From assembly GCA_035545995.1 (NCBI GenBank), contig DASZXH010000053.1:188521-252520 (forward strand): a stretch of DNA of 64,000 nt, in the 5' to 3' direction. The DNA is from Verrucomicrobiia bacterium (GTDB lineage: Bacteria > Verrucomicrobiota > Verrucomicrobiia > Limisphaerales > UBA11358). Below the pieces are notes generated by a model. The model was not told where the DNA came from, made no database searches, and was given only the letters and a program-made list of their open reading frames with translations. Shown here one piece after another: positions 8,830-18,918 of the stretch. A program made the position numbers and the translations under genes. The first letter of the stretch is position 1; each line of letters starts with the position of its first letter.

Positions 8830-9690
8830 TCAGGCAACTTCAACTATCTTTTTCGACGTTGGGCGTTTGGTCTGCGTAACATTTTTGGCGATGATCGGTG
8901 AAACTGTACGGTATCGTTCCCATTCCGGCTGGTTTTCAAATACCCAGCGATAGTAATCTAATTGCTTCAACTGGCTACCTGCCATTTCGTCCAGGATAAG
9001 TGTGCAATCAGAATGCATTTGTAATGCAGTGGCGGAAATCGTGCTGGTAATCGGACCTTCCATCGCCTTGGCGATAATTGCTGCTTTTTCTTCGCCGGTG
9101 GCCAGCAAGATGCAGTGCCGACAATCCAAAATTGAGCCAACTCCCATCGTGGTGGCGCGATGTGGCATCATATCCGGCCGGGGGAAAAGAGGTGCGTTTT
9201 GAGCGCGTGTCACCGGCGAAAGAATTTTTACCCGTGTGCGCGAGCGCAAAGCGGACAAAGGTTCGTTGAATCCCCAATGGCCGTTCTGCCCGATGCCTAG
9301 CAGTTGGAGATCAATGCCGCCGCTTTCGGCAATTAACCTTTTATAATTGGCGCATTCGGCTGTCAGATCCGTCGCCATGCCGTTGGGCAGATGCGTATTT
9401 TTCAGATTAATGTTCACCTGTAAAAACAAATGATGGTTCATGTAATGCCGATAGGAATTGGCATGATTACTGGACAAGCCGACGTATTCATCCAGATTGA
9501 ACATGCGGCAACCTGAAAAGTCCAAATTTTCCTCTTTGTGCATCTGCACCAGCCGGGCATAAACTGATTCCATGATGTTGCCGGTGGCCAACCCCAAAAC
9601 CAAGCGCGGATTGCTGCGTATTTCTTGAGCGATAACCCGCGCTACCAAATCAGCGGCGGCATCGGCGTTCGGGCAAATCACAACTTCCAT
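8830..9690 (-). CDS. nagB: Glucosamine-6-phosphate deaminase
   Basis: MEVVICPNADAAADLVARVIAQEI..LVLGLATGN..FNLDEYVGL..QLLGIGQNGHWGFNEP are classic NagB motifs. Start set at ATG 9690, because the upstream 46 codons of the track ORF look non-coding. Confidence 0.85.
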   Translation of the reverse strand: MEVVICPNADAAADLVARVIAQEIRSNPRLVLGLATGNIMESVYARLVQMHKEENLDFSGCRMFNLDEYVGLSSNHANSYRHYMNHHLFLQVNINLKNTHLPNGMATDLTAECANYKRLIAESGGIDLQLLGIGQNGHWGFNEPLSALRSRTRVKILSPVTRAQNAPLFPRPDMMPHRATTMGVGSILDCRHCILLATGEEKAAIIAKAMEGPITSTISATALQMHSDCTLILDEMAGSQLKQLDYYRWVFENQPEWERYRTVSPIIAKNVTQTKRPTSKKIVEVA

Positions 9691-9933
9691 GAAAATTAAT
9701 TCCGTAAAATTGTTCAAATGGGCTGAACACAAACGGCATAAAAATCGTAACAGAGCAAAAGGTGGCAACAACCCCCCTGAATTAGGGGTTAGACATGGGC
9801 CGGTTTCACCGAAAAACTGAACATACAAAAGCGGTCTAAATTTTTGAATTGGTTAGTGGTGGTAAGCCCATGAACTCATATTTCGAATTTGTTTCTTCTT
9901 TTGTGAGGCTTGTATTTGCAGAACTGATGCCAC

Positions 9934-11289
9934 GTGTCTTCGCTCCGACAACATGGGCCTCGTGGTGCTCATCAATCAGTCTATCTTGATAATCACCGCC
10001 GCCATCTTTCTTTCAACGATGTGCAGACATGGTCATGCGACGATAATGTTTTTCATATTCGGCAGCAGCACGCTGATTTATTTCATCATGGCAATCTTTT
10101 CCAGGCTAAAGACCAGATTTAAGTGGCGCGGTTTTATGCTCGACGTTAGCCGTCACTTTTTCACGAAGCAGGAAGTCGAAACCTTTCTCGACTTGATGGC
10201 GATGCAAAAATTGAATGTGTTCCACTGGCATCTCACGGATGATCATGGCTGGCGGATTGAAATCAAAAAATATCCTAAGCTTACCGAGATTGGTGCCTGG
10301 CGTTCGGATGTTGGTTTTGATTTTCCTTCCAATTCCACGACGGCTTATGGCCCGGATGGACGTTACGGCAGATTTTACACACAAGACGACATCCGCGAGG
10401 TAGTGAAATATGCAGCAGCACGGCACATCACCGTTGTGCCCGAAATCGAGATGCCCGGTCACGCAACTGTAGCGCTGGCGGCGTATCCACAATATAGTTG
10501 CACTGGTGGGCTGTTTGAGCCTTTGATGACCGCCGGTATTTTAATGGCATTTATGATCCGGCCAAAGAGGAAACTTTTCTCTTCCTAAGCAATGTGCTGG
10601 CAGAAGTATCATTGTTGTTTTCCGGAAAATACATTCACATCGGTGGCGACGAGGTGCCGAAAGAAACCTGGCAACATAGCGCGGATTGTCGGGCGCTTAT
10701 GAGGCGTGAAGGACTGAAAAATGAGCAGGAATTGCAGAGCTGGTTCATCCGGCGCATCGAAAAGATCGTCAATGCCAATGGCCATTCCATGATCGGCTGG
10801 AGTGAAATATTACAAGGTGGCTTGGCGTAAAACGCCGCCGTCATGGATTGGATCGGTGGAGCAAAGGAAGCGGCCAGCGCCGGTCATGACGTGGTGATGA
10901 CACTGACTGGATATTGCTATTTTGATTTTTACCAGTCGAGTAACCACGTTGCTGAACCAAAAGCTGCTGCCTGGGGCGGTCCACTGACACTGGGTAAAAT
11001 GTATGCCTTTGAACCCATGCCCACCAACGTGCCACCCGAATTGCAATCGTATATTCTCGGTGCGCAAGGCAATTTGTGGACCGAACAAATTCCCAACTTC
11101 AGGCATGTCGAATATATGACATTTCCGCGTGCTTGCGCGCTTGCTGAAGTCACCTGATCGGCCAAAGACGCACGCAACTAGGATGACTTCATGCGCTGGT
11201 TACAAATTCAAGCAAAACGATTTGATGCGTTAAACGTCAATTATCGGCACGCTGCGTTGGAAAATCCCGAGCCGGATCCTTCCAAGTGA
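9934..11289 (+). pseudogene. GH20 beta-N-acetylhexosaminidase, decayed (5' truncation, frameshifts, three in-frame stops)
   Basis: Catalytic-domain motifs are split over the ORFs 9953..10588 (WRGFMLDVSRHF, HWHLTDDHGWR, PEIEMPGH), 10594..10830 (IHIGGDE) and 10843..11157. There is a frameshift near 10530, a TAA at 10831, a TGA at 11155 and a TAG at 11179. The frame stays readable to 11289 (..DDFMRWLQIQAKRFDALNVNYR). Confidence 0.8.
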
Positions 11290-11406
11290 AAAACGTCTTT
11301 GCTGTCAAAAATAATCAGGTCAAGCAATTTCGCTGATCGCCGCCCTTAAGCGTGATGGCGATTTCATTTCTGCTCGATTTTAACTGATGCGAATAAGTTT
11401 TCTAAA

Positions 11407-11751
11407 TTATTCAATCGTGTCTGTTGGCTTTGATTTTGAAGGTTCAGGATTTGCCTCAGATAATCCACGGCATCTGGTCGGTTGCGGATGGACTTGGGTA
11501 AAATCGCTCCGGCAGCATTTCCGTTCGGATTTCGTTTGCCCCACCTTTGGATTCTGGCGGCGGATTTTCATCAGCCGCGCCGCTTCCAGTCCGCCATAAC
11601 GTTCGATGGCTCGTAGTGCGTCAGAAGCTTCCACCGCTCCATGCTGACGCATGTCGCCGGATAGGATGACCTGTCCGCCAGTGTTAGGCTTAATTTCTAG
11701 ATCATGCTTGCGTTGCCACTTGTATGCGGCCACGGCATTTCCAAACGTCAT
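11407..11751 (-). pseudogene. Fragment of a conjugative relaxase-associated helicase (TraA/TrwC/MobF AAA_30-like)
   Basis: QVILSGDMRQHGAVEASDALRAIERYGGLEAARLMKIRRQ parallels the conserved VVLVGDPEQLQAIEAGAAFRAI....L.EIRRQ block of TrwC/TraA helicase domains. Only about 60 aa are recognisable and the rest looks non-coding. Confidence 0.45.
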
Positions 11752-12065
11752 TTTCCCAGCGCAACGGCTTTAAATGCCCCGCACGTTGCCGCTCTCCTGA
11801 TAATGAAAATCTTCTAACGCAATTTAGCGACGCTGATACAGTCAGTTTTAAATGATTTCCAAATGAGCTTGCCGCGCACACGGATTCACGCATAATAGTT
11901 GCCTGATTGAACGTGGCGAACTACGTTTGCCACCGGCGTTTTCAACCAGCGCAAATCTGTATTATCGGATGAATTGGTCTTCATGCGAATAGTATAGAAA
12001 ATCGGTATAGAAACGCAAATCTTGAAATGCTAAAATTTGCATTTCGTGCAGTAAAATCAGTTGTT

Positions 12066-12143
12066 CGGAGCGTAGCTCAGCCTGGCTAGAGCACTTGCTT
12101 TGGGAGCAAGACGTCGCAGGTTCAAATCCTGTCGCTCCGACCA
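12066..12143 (+). tRNA. tRNA-Pro (anticodon UGG), CCA encoded
   Basis: Manual cloverleaf: acceptor CGGAGCG/CGCTCCG, D arm GCTC..GAGC, anticodon stem CTTGC/GCAAG with loop TTTGGGA (anticodon TGG), T arm GCAGG-TTCAAAT-CCTGT, discriminator A, CCA. Confidence 0.9.
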
Positions 12144-12156
12144 TTTTCCCTCTTTT
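12116..12156 (+). repeat. att-like core, copy 1 (tRNA-Pro T arm to 13 nt past CCA)
   Basis: gcaggttcaaatcctgtcgctccgaccattttccctctttt recurs at 54653..54693 with 40 of 41 nt identical, and in degenerate form at 63789..63830. Confidence 0.85.
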
Positions 12157-12764
12157 GACTCCTCCTGCCGCGAAGTGACAAACAGTGACTCTGACCGCAT
12201 GAACACAGGAGATTTTTCAAATTGCACCTGCGCGGGTGAAGTGACAGCCAATGCCCCGTTTTGACCCGTTGCGACCGAATTTTGTGAGTCTCTTTGTGCG
12301 TCATTTTTCGATGAAATTTGCGCGCGATGGAAATCCAATTTTTCAATCGCTTCTTTCAATGGCAGCATCTTCGCGTCTGTGTAAGTCTTGGCAGTTTGTT
12401 TCGGATCGCGATGTCGCATGAGCGCCATCCGCACGCACTCGCTCGGCGTTCCGGGCGCAAGTTGAGTGCAATATGTGACACGAAAGCTGTGGAAGTCCAA
12501 GCGTCCGTCGCCGCGGTCTTCCCAATCAATTCCAGCCGCCTTCAGGTCGGCATAAAATTGTATGTAGCCAGGGAACCATCCCTTTGGTCTGCGAACCTCG
12601 CCGGAGATGACCCAAAGCGCAAATGTAATTGAACGAAACGTGACCCGATTTCGATACCAAAAGGGTTGATCGCAGGATCTGTTTGGATAGCGACTAGCAC
12701 ATTGAACAGGCATTCTAAAATTGGAATCCGAAATTAAGCTACCCATACTACAGGCGTAGAGCAA
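12150..12764 (-). pseudogene. Tyrosine recombinase (phage-type integrase), C-terminal catalytic part only
   Basis: HSFRVTY (HxxR), MRHRD (His) and KTYTD (Tyr) are present. There is no N-terminal SAM-like domain and no clear first Arg. The ORF reads on through the antisense tRNA (GKWSERQDLNL). The 5' end abuts box A. Confidence 0.7.
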
Positions 12765-12810
12765 TCCTACCCTAATATCTTAATGACAAGTTTGAATAAG
12801 CTGACCATAT
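12748..12810 (+). promoter_or_regulatory. Conserved upstream box, copy A
   Basis: CTACaggcGTAGagcaatcctaCCCTAATatcttaATGACAAGTTTGAATaagcTGACCATat; ATG at 12836. Confidence 0.75.
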
Positions 12811-12835
12811 TACAAGTGGATTCCGATTACAATTT

Positions 12836-13657
12836 ATGAACGTGAATTTCATTAAAAAAATTAGAAATCAGTTTAACGGTTTTACACTAATTGAACTTTT
12901 AGTAGTTATCGCCATCATTGCTATTTTGGCGGCTATGTTGTTGCCCGCTTTGGCTGCTGCAAAAAGAAAAGCACAGATAGCGTCCTGTATGAACAATCTG
13001 CGGCAAATTGGCATTGGTATGACGGTGTATGCTGGTGATAATCAAGACTATGTTTTGTCAGCGCGTCCATCAAATCCGAATACTCCCGCAGGTCAACCAG
13101 TGTCATTTAATCAAAGAGCCTTAAACCCGCCACAAGCATCCTCGGCAAGGCAAGTCAATTTGGACCCGACACTAACCAATGGGCCTTCAATCTGGTGTTG
13201 TCCGTCTTTGCCATCCAAGGGCAATGGGTTACCAGCATACGACTCCTCCAACCAGCAATGGTTAATTGGTTATCAGTATTTTGGTGGTATTACTTGGTGG
13301 TATAACACCGCCTTTTCGAGTGGCACTCCGGCTTACAGTCCAGTGAAACTGGGTAATTCCAAAAGCTCTTGGGTTTTGGCGGCAGATGCTCTGTGCAAAT
13401 TTATTCAAGGAGGTGCCTCTGCAACAAGTTGGAACATTGGCGTTCCTGCTGGTGTCCCCCACCAAAAGTCAGGGACCAAGCGCCCCGATGGTGCTAATGA
13501 ACTCTTGATTGACGGTTCGGTGTCATGGGTCAAATGGGAGAATACTTTGCAGCTTACTGAATATAGCGCGACTTATGAAAACGACTATTTTTATCAAAGT
13601 GATCTTCCTTCGGTATTCACCTCGTTCGTCATCAAGAACCTCGTCCCTACTCCGTAG
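12836..13657 (+). CDS. Prepilin-type N-terminal cleavage/methylation protein, DUF1559 / H-X9-DG type
   Basis: [25 protein letters not shown] is the type IV pilin-like leader. C-terminal [21 protein letters not shown] resembles the H-X9-DG motif (spacing here is X8). Confidence 0.85.
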   Translation: MNVNFIKKIRNQFNGFTLIELLVVIAIIAILAAMLLPALAAAKRKAQIASCMNNLRQIGIGMTVYAGDNQDYVLSARPSNPNTPAGQPVSFNQRALNPPQASSARQVNLDPTLTNGPSIWCCPSLPSKGNGLPAYDSSNQQWLIGYQYFGGITWWYNTAFSSGTPAYSPVKLGNSKSSWVLAADALCKFIQGGASATSWNIGVPAGVPHQKSGTKRPDGANELLIDGSVSWVKWENTLQLTEYSATYENDYFYQSDLPSVFTSFVIKNLVPTP

Positions 13658-13709
13658 TTGGAGTTAATGCCATGAACACAAGGAGTAAACATGCTCTTTT
13701 CAATAGAAT

Positions 13710-14345
13710 TTAATCCAAATGAACGATTCCCCTCTGTAACGCGGTTGTGACTGCTTGGGTGCGATCATGCACTCCGAGCTTGGCCAATATGTTACCTACG
13801 TGCAATTTGGCTGTCACTCTTGCAATTGCTAATTCGGCGGCGATTTCCTTATTGCTCCTTCCCTTGGCCATCAATGCCAAAACGTCCATTTCACGAACGG
13901 TTAAATCCGAATGTCTCGTCCGGTCAGCCAGACGACTGGCAACGGTTGGCGAAATACGACGTTCACCTGCATGAACCGCTCTAATGGTCTCAATCAATTC
14001 GTTGCGGGAAGCAGATTTGAGCAGGTATGTGCAAGCGCCAGCCTGGAGCGAACGGTAGATGTCTTCCTCGCCGTCATACGTCGAAAGCATGATAATGGCA
14101 GCCGATGGAAATTCCTTGCAGATTGTCTTGGTGGCATCAACCCCGCTGATGCCGGGAAGTTTCAAATCCATCATGACAATATCAGTTTTATGGCGGCGAT
14201 ACAAAGTGATGGCTTGCTCGCCAGTAGAGGCCTCGCATTCAACGACCATGTCCGGTTCCAAATTAATGGACGCAATTAATCCCATTCGGACAAGAAAATG
14301 GTCATCTACCATCATCACCCGGATTTTTTTTGCGTTAGAATTCAT
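13710..14345 (-). CDS. NarL/FixJ-family response regulator (REC + LuxR HTH)
   Basis: IRVMMVDDH, IVMMDLKLPG (phospho-Asp present), LTVREMDVLALMAKGRSNKEIAAEL. Overlaps the kinase gene by 4 nt. Confidence 0.9.
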   Translation of the reverse strand: MNSNAKKIRVMMVDDHFLVRMGLIASINLEPDMVVECEASTGEQAITLYRRHKTDIVMMDLKLPGISGVDATKTICKEFPSAAIIMLSTYDGEEDIYRSLQAGACTYLLKSASRNELIETIRAVHAGERRISPTVASRLADRTRHSDLTVREMDVLALMAKGRSNKEIAAELAIARVTAKLHVGNILAKLGVHDRTQAVTTALQRGIVHLD

Positions 14346-16564
14346 AGTTGAGGTGGAGAGACAATTCTAGTTTCTTTCCATTGAGATTCAGCTTTAGCGG
14401 CAGAGTTAAGGTCCTGTTTCTCCGCAATTTCGACTCGGATTTCAGTTCCCTGCGTCGGAGCGCTAATTACAGTGAAACGTCCTCCCATTTTCAGGACACG
14501 TTCTCTCATATCCTGCAATCCAAAATGACCTCCATAAATATATGATTGATTGTCAGGATGAAAGCCCACCCCATCGTCTATGACACGAAGGCATATCTTG
14601 TCTGAATTATATTCGAGATGAACGACAATTTGCGATGCTTGAGCGTGTTTAACCGCATTTGCCAGGGCTTCCTGGGCTATGCGCAACAGATTATTTTCGA
14701 CTGGCAAAGGCAGTTTACGCGGTGTGCCATTGCTTTCGACGGAAATGGCGACGCGGGCATGAGTTCCCGCTATCCTAGCCACACCGGAAAGGGCATCGGT
14801 AAGATTGCTGTTTTCCAGCAGGTGCGAGCGTAAATCCCACACCGAGCGACGCGCCTCAAACAGACTGTGTCTAGTCATGTTACGTGCCAGTTCAAACATC
14901 TGACGCGCAACGTGCGGGGCCGTGTCAAATTGAGAATCCGCCGTTTCCAATTGAATTGAGATTGCCGCCAGTTCCTGTTCGAGAGTATCGTGAAATTCGC
15001 GGGCGATACGAGTGCGTTCCTCAAATATAGCTTCTCGTTGAACTTTTTCGCTAATCGTGACCGTTTGTTCATGAACTTTTCGGTTCAACTCAAAAACCCA
15101 GCAGAAACCCGCCAAAAGAATTATGCTCACAATGCCAAGCAGCCAGAACAAACGTGAGAGTGTCCACCAAGGGGGATTTCGGACGACAATAACGTCATTC
15201 GGAGACCGCAACAGCAATTGAAATGCTTCCGGGGCTTTTTGTTGCGCAAGGCCCCAATTTTCCACCGGCTGAATCATAGGTTGCGCCACGCATACGCCGG
15301 TTAATTCCAACTCACTGCCTTTTTGCAATGCGAAAAAGCGGTTGTCGGCTCTGGCGGAATCTATCTGCGCATTAAGAATGATATTTGAGGTTTCCATAAT
15401 CAGAATTCGCTTGCCGCCCTCTTCAATCTGATCGGTTAGCCGCGCTCGCAATTGAATTAGCACATTGTCGTAATCTTCCGAAGGCAATTGGCCGCTGTTG
15501 ACCTGCACCGGTTTGGGCCCGGATTGATGTCCAATAATATTGAAAACAGCGTCTTCCATTTCTGGCGCAAATTCTCCCAAGACGGGAAAACCAATCACCT
15601 CTACAATGTCACCCACTGACACATGGTTTGTTTGCACACCCTGCACGTGAAGGCCAGTACCTGCGTTTTGAATAAAAAGCGAGTTCTCATTCACTTCAGT
15701 GACAGTGCCCCGGACTTTGATTCGTTGTCCGTAATAACCTCCGAAATTGAACTGTGCCAAACTGTCCAGTGGCATTTCGGAAATTTGTCCCGGAGCGGTA
15801 GCCTCAATCACGAGGTCCGAGCGGCTGGTTACACTCAAATAAGGAGCACATATCTGCCGCTTTTTATTAAACAGCGTCCGACAAACTCCCTGAACGCGAA
15901 TGGTGGTGCAAACCAATTCCTGAGCCTTCGCGGGGCTTAAATTGAAATGCTCGATTTGCACGGCCAGCCGCCGGCCGTTGAGAAGGATGTTCAGACACGC
16001 CCGATTGGTCCCGATGGGAATGACGGAACGAACAACGCCTGCAAGTTCAATCCACTGGCAATCTTCTCTGCCGCCTGCCAGTTGTTCGTAATCGAAATGC
16101 AGTGGTGTTGGCAATGTTGTCCGACCAAGGATGCGCATATGCTTCGCAAAAACCACGGGCAGATAATCACCCCGTTGAGTAATACCCTCAACTTCCACCT
16201 CATCTCCGGCGGTGACGTTGGTCGCCTCATCCAATTGAACGATTCCCTGACCCAATTTCACAAAAATAGCCGCAGTGGAATCTTGCAGAAACAAACCAAC
16301 ATCATTTTCAGCGTCGTAATAGGTAACCACACCGCGTAACCGCACCGGATATTCTTGAGCCGCCCCATCCGGTGACATTTCCCTCACTTGTTGGGCTGAC
16401 GTCAGGAAAGGTCGTTCGGGCGCCGCATTGGCACAGAAACACACAAAACCACACAGCAGTGTGAAGACGACAAGAGCAAGAGATGCTTCAACATTAAAAC
16501 GCCATACTTTCACAAAAAGCCTTCTGCCATATTTCGACCAAAACATCAATGCAGAAAACATCAT
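14342..16564 (-). CDS. Sensor histidine kinase (HisKA_3/NarX-DesK type) with a ~450-aa extracytoplasmic N-terminal domain
   Basis: N-terminal TM, a long periplasmic region, a second TM (WWTLSRLFWLLGIVSIILLAGFCWVF), the H-box REFHDTLEQELAAI, and HATPase motifs (DDGVGF, GHFGLQDMRER). Confidence 0.85.
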   Translation of the reverse strand: MMFSALMFWSKYGRRLFVKVWRFNVEASLALVVFTLLCGFVCFCANAAPERPFLTSAQQVREMSPDGAAQEYPVRLRGVVTYYDAENDVGLFLQDSTAAIFVKLGQGIVQLDEATNVTAGDEVEVEGITQRGDYLPVVFAKHMRILGRTTLPTPLHFDYEQLAGGREDCQWIELAGVVRSVIPIGTNRACLNILLNGRRLAVQIEHFNLSPAKAQELVCTTIRVQGVCRTLFNKKRQICAPYLSVTSRSDLVIEATAPGQISEMPLDSLAQFNFGGYYGQRIKVRGTVTEVNENSLFIQNAGTGLHVQGVQTNHVSVGDIVEVIGFPVLGEFAPEMEDAVFNIIGHQSGPKPVQVNSGQLPSEDYDNVLIQLRARLTDQIEEGGKRILIMETSNIILNAQIDSARADNRFFALQKGSELELTGVCVAQPMIQPVENWGLAQQKAPEAFQLLLRSPNDVIVVRNPPWWTLSRLFWLLGIVSIILLAGFCWVFELNRKVHEQTVTISEKVQREAIFEERTRIAREFHDTLEQELAAISIQLETADSQFDTAPHVARQMFELARNMTRHSLFEARRSVWDLRSHLLENSNLTDALSGVARIAGTHARVAISVESNGTPRKLPLPVENNLLRIAQEALANAVKHAQASQIVVHLEYNSDKICLRVIDDGVGFHPDNQSYIYGGHFGLQDMRERVLKMGGRFTVISAPTQGTEIRVEIAEKQDLNSAAKAESQWKETRIVSPPQL

Positions 16565-16620
16565 TACACATCGTGCTCATCTAATCATTCGAGTCAACCA
16601 TACATTTGGATAAAAAAAAA

Positions 16621-16690
16621 CTATGCCATAGGCGTAGAACAAACAAACCCCAATGCCGTTGTGACAAATTTGAGTGCTTTGGCCAGAATC
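16621..16690 (+). promoter_or_regulatory. Conserved upstream box, copy B
   Basis: CTATGCCataGGCGTAGaacaaacaaaCCCCAATGccgttgTGACAAATTTGAGTgcTTTGGCCAGaat; start codon at 16706. Confidence 0.8.
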
Positions 16691-16705
16691 GCACAACCTA
16701 TATAG

Positions 16706-18886
16706 ATGACCATGAAATTTTGTTTGTTCTTATTTTGTCTAACAATCGTCTCTTTCGTGTCCGGCGCAGAAACTCCGCCACTTTACCTCAATAGCAATCA
16801 GCCCATTGAAACGCGGGTTGACGATTTATTTTCACGAATGACGCTTGAAGAAAAAATTTCACTCGTTCACGCCAATACAACATTTACCACCGCCGCCATT
16901 ACTCGCCTGGGCGTCCCTTGCCGCTGGATGGATGATGGTCCGAATGGCGTGCGCGAGGACATCAGCCCGAATAGTTGGAATTCCGCTGGTCGCACAGACG
17001 ATTTTTCGACGGCCATGCCCGTCGGTATTTGCCTCGCGGCAACATGGAATCCCGATTTAGCTTACGCGGAAGGCGAAACCATCGGCGAAGAAGCCCGCGC
17101 CCGAGGTAAAGACATCATGTTGGGGCCAACGGTCAACATCATGCGGACGCCATTGTGGGGGCGTAACTTTGAATCCTTCGGCGAAGACCCCTTCCTCACG
17201 TCAAAGACGGCCGTTGGTTTTATCCATGGCGAGCAATCGCAGGATGTGTCTTCCTGTGTGAAACACCTCGTCGCCAATAATCAGGAGAGTGAACGCGGCA
17301 GCATAGATGTGGAGATGAGCGAGCGAGCGTTGCGGGAGATTTATCTGCCGGCGTTTAAGGCTGCCGTGCAGGAAGGTGGCGTTTTGTCAGTCATGGGCGC
17401 TTACAACCGGTTCCACAATCAGTATTGCTGCGAAAACGATTATTTGCTTAACCAAATTCTGAAAGGTGAATGGGGCTTCAAAGGTTTGGTCATGTCCGAT
17501 TGGGGCGGCGCGCACGACACGCGAGACGAAGCGATAAATGGCCTTGACCTCGAAATGGGCCTTGATAGCAAACTCGGCGGAATCAAGAGTTACAATAATT
17601 GTCATCTGGCGCAGCCCTACCTCGATTTGCTCCAAAAAGGCGAATTGCCGATGTCGGGACTGGACGACAAAGTTCGTCGCAATCTGCGTGTGATGTTCGC
17701 CACGCATGTTTTCGATTCGGGGCGCACTAATGGTTCGCTCAATACCGTTGCTCATCAAATGGCCGCCCGCCGGATCGCCGAGGAAGGCATCGTGCTTTTG
17801 AAAAACAAAAATCATTTGCTGCCGCTCGATTCGGCCAAAATCAAAACCATCGCTGTCATTGGCGAAAATGCGATTCGTCTTCAAGCCGACGGAGGCAACA
17901 GTTCGGGCATCAAAGCCTTTTATGAAGTCACGCCGCTGCAAGGCATCTTGAATCGAGTTGGTAAAAACGTGAATGTGACTTTTTCCGAAGGTTATCAGAA
18001 AGACGGCGACGCGCACTTGGCTGAACGCGCCATTGCTGCGGCGAAAGCTGCCGACGCAGTTATCTATATTGGCGGCTTGAACCATGATTTAGGCTTCGAT
18101 TGCGAAGGCGCCGACCGCAAAGATTTGGACCTGCCGTATGGCCAGAACAAATTGATTTCACAAATTGTCGCGGCTAATCCACGTACCGTTGTGGTGGTGC
18201 TCGGCACGCCCGTTGCGATGAATTCCTGGCTCGAGCAAACGCCGTCCGTCTTGCAAGCGTGGTATTTGGGCATGGAAGGTGGCAATGCTTTGGCGCGTGT
18301 CCTGTTCGGCGACGTGAACCCTTCCGGCAAATTGCCCTGCACCATTCCGAAACGGCTAATGGATTGTCCGGCTTTCGCAGATTGTCCAGTTACTTATCCG
18401 GGAACCAATGGCGTCGTAACTTACAAAGAAGGTTTGCTTGTCGGTTATCGCTGGTTTGACACCCGGCACATCACGCCGCAATTTCCATTTGGTTTCGGCT
18501 TGAGTTATACGACGTTCAAATACTTGAACTTAAAATTGGTTGCGGGAGATGGAACGAATGCGCTGGTTGTCGCACAGTTTGAAATTCAAAACACCGGCGC
18601 GCGCGACGGCGCGGAAGTGGCGGAACTTTACGTTCACCAAAACCATCCGGGTCTGCCGCGTCCAGAAAAGGAATTGAAGGGATTCAAAAGGGTATTTTTG
18701 AAGTCCGGTGAAACGCAAACCGTTTCCATTCCACTGAACTTCAACGCATTTGCGTTTTACGATCCAGCGCAAAAAACATGGATTGCGGAAAAGGATGATT
18801 TCAAGATTTTGGTCGGCAGCTCTTCGCAAAACATTGCGTTGAAAGATGATTATCGGCTGGCGGAAACGCTCCGGGAAAAAGATTGA
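16706..18886 (+). CDS. GH3 beta-glucosidase (BglX-like) with C-terminal FnIII-like domain
   Basis: Signal MKFCLFLFCLTIVSFVSGA, KHLVANNQE, and GFKGLVMSDWGG (GH3 nucleophile region). The C-terminal ELKGFKRVFLKSGETQTVSIPL is typical of the FnIII-like domain. Confidence 0.9.
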   Translation: MTMKFCLFLFCLTIVSFVSGAETPPLYLNSNQPIETRVDDLFSRMTLEEKISLVHANTTFTTAAITRLGVPCRWMDDGPNGVREDISPNSWNSAGRTDDFSTAMPVGICLAATWNPDLAYAEGETIGEEARARGKDIMLGPTVNIMRTPLWGRNFESFGEDPFLTSKTAVGFIHGEQSQDVSSCVKHLVANNQESERGSIDVEMSERALREIYLPAFKAAVQEGGVLSVMGAYNRFHNQYCCENDYLLNQILKGEWGFKGLVMSDWGGAHDTRDEAINGLDLEMGLDSKLGGIKSYNNCHLAQPYLDLLQKGELPMSGLDDKVRRNLRVMFATHVFDSGRTNGSLNTVAHQMAARRIAEEGIVLLKNKNHLLPLDSAKIKTIAVIGENAIRLQADGGNSSGIKAFYEVTPLQGILNRVGKNVNVTFSEGYQKDGDAHLAERAIAAAKAADAVIYIGGLNHDLGFDCEGADRKDLDLPYGQNKLISQIVAANPRTVVVVLGTPVAMNSWLEQTPSVLQAWYLGMEGGNALARVLFGDVNPSGKLPCTIPKRLMDCPAFADCPVTYPGTNGVVTYKEGLLVGYRWFDTRHITPQFPFGFGLSYTTFKYLNLKLVAGDGTNALVVAQFEIQNTGARDGAEVAELYVHQNHPGLPRPEKELKGFKRVFLKSGETQTVSIPLNFNAFAFYDPAQKTWIAEKDDFKILVGSSSQNIALKDDYRLAETLREKD

Positions 18887-18918
18887 AGGGCAAAACAAAT
18901 TGGGATCGGGTTGCCTGG

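Noticed and set aside
17387-18085. Long antisense ORFs inside hydrolase genes (17387..18085, 31883..32638, 44095..44787, 48230..48841)
   Set aside because: Each lies opposite a gene with strong family motifs and has no recognisable features of its own.
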